Origin: an uncultured virus (IMG/VR IMGVR_UViG_3300044825_003205)
Taxonomy: Duplodnaviria > Heunggongvirae > Uroviricota > Caudoviricetes
IMG/VR virus record: IMGVR_UViG_3300044825_003205
Span: 114,631-134,630 of that record
Length of the DNA: 20,000 bases
Strand: one strand, 5' to 3'
Below the pieces are notes generated by a model, which worked only from the letters and a program-made list of their open reading frames with translations, searched no databases and had not been told where the DNA came from. Each line of letters starts with the position of its first letter. Position 1 is the stretch's first letter. Position numbers and translations under genes: made by a program. Positions 17,195-20,000 of this stretch are shown piece by piece.

Positions 17195-18048
17195 TCCCAA
17201 AGAGAGTAATTTTTCGAAGTATCTTTTTTCTCTTTGTAATGTAAATTGTAACCCAACAATTCTATCATTTTCTTACCAATCTCAATTCCATTATATACGT
17301 CTTCTATTACAACATATTCATTTCTGGTGTGATAGTTGTAATATCCTATTGAAAAATTGATACAAGAAAAATCAAAAGATTTTCTCAAAGCATAAACATC
17401 TGTATATGGGTGAACCATGTATTCCATAAAGTTTTGATTCATAGATTCTGTAAGAACCTTATCGCAAACTTTGAAAAAATCAGAATCTCTGTCAAATAGA
17501 ACTTGTCCAAAACATTTTTCTGTGACCATCCAATTTTCAGGTGCATCGAACTGAATTGCATAACCTACGTTAGCAAAAAATCCTGTGTTAGCTTTCAATG
17601 AACCATGACACCCTGTTTCTTCGGAAACGAAAAATGCCGCTTTCAAATTCGGTAATTCTTTTAATAGAGTTAGACACGCAAAAACACCACACTTATCGTC
17701 TCCACCAATTCCTGTTGGTTTACCATTACCATCTAATGCAAATAGAGAACTTTTTAATTCATCCTGAGCATTTGGAAGTTCAGATTCTTGAATGAAAATT
17801 TCATTTATTTCGTGTACGGTATCAGTGTGGGAGACCACGCAAGGATAGAAAAAATTTTCATCTTTCACGACGTTATCTGTCTTTGTTGCATAAACGTTTT
17901 TGTATGCATCAACAAAAAATTCTATATTGTTTTCAGTCAACCAAGTCGTCAAGTATTCAACCATTCTATCTTCTTTATAAGTTTTGGTGGGAACACTCAA
18001 AACTTCTTTGAGAAGTTGTAAATTATAGTTCATATCTAATATTTTCAC
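17191..18048 (-). CDS. M20/M28/M42-clan zinc peptidase or hydrolase
   Basis: SHTDTVH, GGDDKCG, SEETGCHGS, QFD and YYNYHT..E metal-ligand motifs. The real start is probably the ATG at 18033, because the GTG at 18048 overlaps a -7 element. Confidence 0.88.
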   Translation of the reverse strand: MKILDMNYNLQLLKEVLSVPTKTYKEDRMVEYLTTWLTENNIEFFVDAYKNVYATKTDNVVKDENFFYPCVVSHTDTVHEINEIFIQESELPNAQDELKSSLFALDGNGKPTGIGGDDKCGVFACLTLLKELPNLKAAFFVSEETGCHGSLKANTGFFANVGYAIQFDAPENWMVTEKCFGQVLFDRDSDFFKVCDKVLTESMNQNFMEYMVHPYTDVYALRKSFDFSCINFSIGYYNYHTRNEYVVIEDVYNGIEIGKKMIELLGYNLHYKEKKDTSKNYSLWD

Positions 18049-18055
18049 AAAGATA
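18048..18055 (-). promoter_or_regulatory. Bacteroidota -7 element for the peptidase gene
   Basis: TATCTTTG is an exact TAnnTTTG match 14 nt before the ATG at 18033; the -33 element is weak. Confidence 0.55.
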
Positions 18056-18067
18056 TGAAAAAAAATT

Positions 18068-19429
18068 TTATTTTTCGTCTAAAATGTTGAAAAGTTCCGG
18101 TTGATTTAAAAATAAGTTGAAGTGTTGTTCGTCAAACTCGTGTATTTTGTCACGGTCAAATCTTCCATCTTTGTCTTTAGTAAGAATCTGAACTTGTATC
18201 TTACCTGTAGAATTATCAATTCCAAGAACCTGAAAAAATAAATTTGGGTCTTTGGGTGTTTTATGAACTTTACGAAAATCATACTTGTTTTTGATTTTCC
18301 AATATAACTCATAAATTCTTTTATATTCTTCACCTTCTTCCTCCAATTTTTCGATAATCGTATCCAAAGTATCACCCCATTTTCTATTCAATTGTTCCAT
18401 ATCTAACAATCTACTGTTTTCGTAATCATATTGGTTATCATACCAACCCCCCAAATTACCTTTTTTATTTTCAAAATAATCTTCGAGTAATTCTTTTAAA
18501 GTTGCTCGGCTATCTCCAACTTCAGAATATATTTTCAAAATTTCTGAAATTGGTAATTTTACTATTTCACGAGTTAAATCCACATCCAATCCAACCTTTT
18601 TGAAATACTCAACAAGTTCTTCGTTTACATCCACGTATGCACTGTCATTCATTTGCTCATTTACCGCATCAGTCCATGTTGATATAATATCATCCATGTA
18701 TCTACCAAACTCATCGTATAATAATCTAAAAATTTGTCGAAAGTAATCTTCTGACTTTTCATATTTTACCTTAGGCATCAAAAAAGAAGAAATGTATTCC
18801 AACTTTTTTTCATTTTCTTCATCGAAATGCCAAAAAGGACCATAACCTTCTTTCATATCTTCGTAATCAGAATCATAAGTTCTAAACTCCCACCTACGAC
18901 TGGATACCCAATTGTAGAAAGAAATATCGTCTTCGTCTAAACCAATTCTTTCTAAAAATTCATCGAAGTCATTAAAGTCCAAAGAAATTTTTGGTTCTTC
19001 ATCATCGTTGTTTACCACACGAAGTATTAAAGAGTCGGCATTTTCTAACGTCCTTGCAGTTATTTCACCTCTCATGAAACTTCTAAGTTGATTAAAAAAG
19101 TTCGACCCTAAAAGTTTTTTGGTCATTTGTTCTTCTACTCCAAAATAGTCTTTCAAATTTTTCTGAACATCAGATAATGAAACTTCGTTCTCGTTGGAAT
19201 CTAAAATATCGTTATTGATTAGTCTTCTGAATGACTCTACTCTACCATTGATTTTATCTATAAAAACATATGTTACAGTACCTTTATCGTTGAATCTTTC
19301 AGACATATAACGGTTTCCACAAAAATAATGGTTTTTATCATAATGACAGAGTGCGTCCATGGTCAATGGTCTAATAATTGTTAAATCATCATCATCAAAT
19401 ATCACTTTAATTTTATCTTCCATACTCAT
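18068..19429 (-). CDS. Hypothetical acidic protein (453 aa)
   Basis: Long D/E/Y/F-rich ORF with TATTTAT 6 nt upstream; no family confidently recognised. Confidence 0.8.
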   Translation of the reverse strand: MSMEDKIKVIFDDDDLTIIRPLTMDALCHYDKNHYFCGNRYMSERFNDKGTVTYVFIDKINGRVESFRRLINNDILDSNENEVSLSDVQKNLKDYFGVEEQMTKKLLGSNFFNQLRSFMRGEITARTLENADSLILRVVNNDDEEPKISLDFNDFDEFLERIGLDEDDISFYNWVSSRRWEFRTYDSDYEDMKEGYGPFWHFDEENEKKLEYISSFLMPKVKYEKSEDYFRQIFRLLYDEFGRYMDDIISTWTDAVNEQMNDSAYVDVNEELVEYFKKVGLDVDLTREIVKLPISEILKIYSEVGDSRATLKELLEDYFENKKGNLGGWYDNQYDYENSRLLDMEQLNRKWGDTLDTIIEKLEEEGEEYKRIYELYWKIKNKYDFRKVHKTPKDPNLFFQVLGIDNSTGKIQVQILTKDKDGRFDRDKIHEFDEQHFNLFLNQPELFNILDEK

Positions 19430-19448
19430 AATGATATAAATATTTTTG

Positions 19449-19480
19449 TTTGGTGAATAATATATTTATTCTTACCTTTG
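19449..19480 (+). promoter_or_regulatory. Consensus Bacteroidota sigma70 promoter for tmRNA/tRNA, with an embedded TATTTAT
   Basis: TTTG (19449-19452), 20-nt spacer, TACCTTTG (19473-19480); TATTTAT at 19463-19469. Confidence 0.75.
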
Positions 19481-19499
19481 TAAGGTTCTTTGAAAATAT

Positions 19500-19922
19500 G
19501 GGGAAGACATGGAATCGACTGCAATATGTAGGTACAAGTGGCATGTCGGAGCTGAATTAACTCCGTAAAAACTGATTTGAAAAACAAATGGCAATACTTT
19601 TGCTAAGATGTCTGCTCTCGGTTTGATGAGAGAAGCATCTGTTGTTGCTGCGTAATCGTAGAGAACAACACTCGGGTCGGTAAGGACATATACCTAGGAA
19701 CAGAAGTCCATGAGGTTTAACAAATACCGCGTGATTCAGTTCAGGAAATTTGTTTGGTGGTGTTTTCGGTTCAAACCAACTCAATAGGAACCGACCACGG
19801 TTGTTAGTTCTAATGGAAAAATAAGAACTATCTATTTGTTGATTGAGAACTAATCAAATAAACATGTAGTCATTTGTGGTTGCTATTGCAAGACGAGGGT
19901 TCGAGTCCCTCCTTCTCCACCA
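19500..19922 (+). ncRNA. ssrA: tmRNA (one-piece, 423 nt)
   Basis: 5' GGGGAAG pairs with 3' CTTCTCC-ACCA and has the G3:U Ala identity pair. Also GGAATCGAC D-loop region, T arm GAGGG-TTCGAGT-CCCTC, long-range helices TGCAATA/TATTGCA and ACAAGTGGC/GTCATTTGT, and a tag ORF 19590-19655 ending VVAA-TAA with the stop in a hairpin loop. Confidence 0.95.
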
Positions 19923-19930
19923 TTTTTTTT

Positions 19931-20000
19931 GGCCTCGTCGTCTAATGGTTAGGACGCTACCCTTTCACGGTAGAGATTTCAGTTCGACTCTGTGCGAGGC
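19931..20000 (+). tRNA. tRNA-Glu (UUC), 3' end cut by the window edge
   Basis: Acceptor GGCCTCG / CGAGGC.., D arm CGTC-TAATGGTTAG-GACG, anticodon arm CTACC-CTTTCAC-GGTAG, T loop TTCGACT. Confidence 0.9.

Noticed and set aside
19557..19784. 75-aa minus-strand ORF
   Set aside because: Lies antisense entirely within the tmRNA.
1..20000. Stop-codon reassignment as seen in some large phages
   Set aside because: Genes are full length and densely packed in the standard code. TAG ends clpC right before a terminator, and TGA ends the 409-aa gene in an ATGA overlap.

Overview
AT-rich DNA from a large (jumbo-type) T4-like dsDNA phage, very probably infecting Bacteroidota (TTTG-N20-TAnnTTTG promoters, no Shine-Dalgarno sites, Bacteroidota-like bS21 and ClpC). 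The left 11 kb is a minus-strand head and packaging module: large terminase, portal, prohead protease, the 5' part of an acidic scaffold-like gene, several acidic hypothetical proteins and a Thr/Pro-repeat protein. Ribosomal protein bS21 sits inside it on the opposite strand. The right half encodes a three-domain nucleotidyltransferase / peptidoglycan-binding / GH73-like hydrolase fusion, a KTSC protein, a minimal kinase-like protein, a divergent Hsp20 / N-terminally truncated ClpC pair, a HExxH protein, an M20/M28-type peptidase, a complete tmRNA with a long tag and a tRNA-Glu cut by the window edge. Three candidate promoter classes can be read: host sigma70-type, a recurrent sense-strand TATTTAT element, and a sigma54-like site with three boxes phased 31 bp apart. 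All protein calls come from motif recognition by eye; no database search was run.
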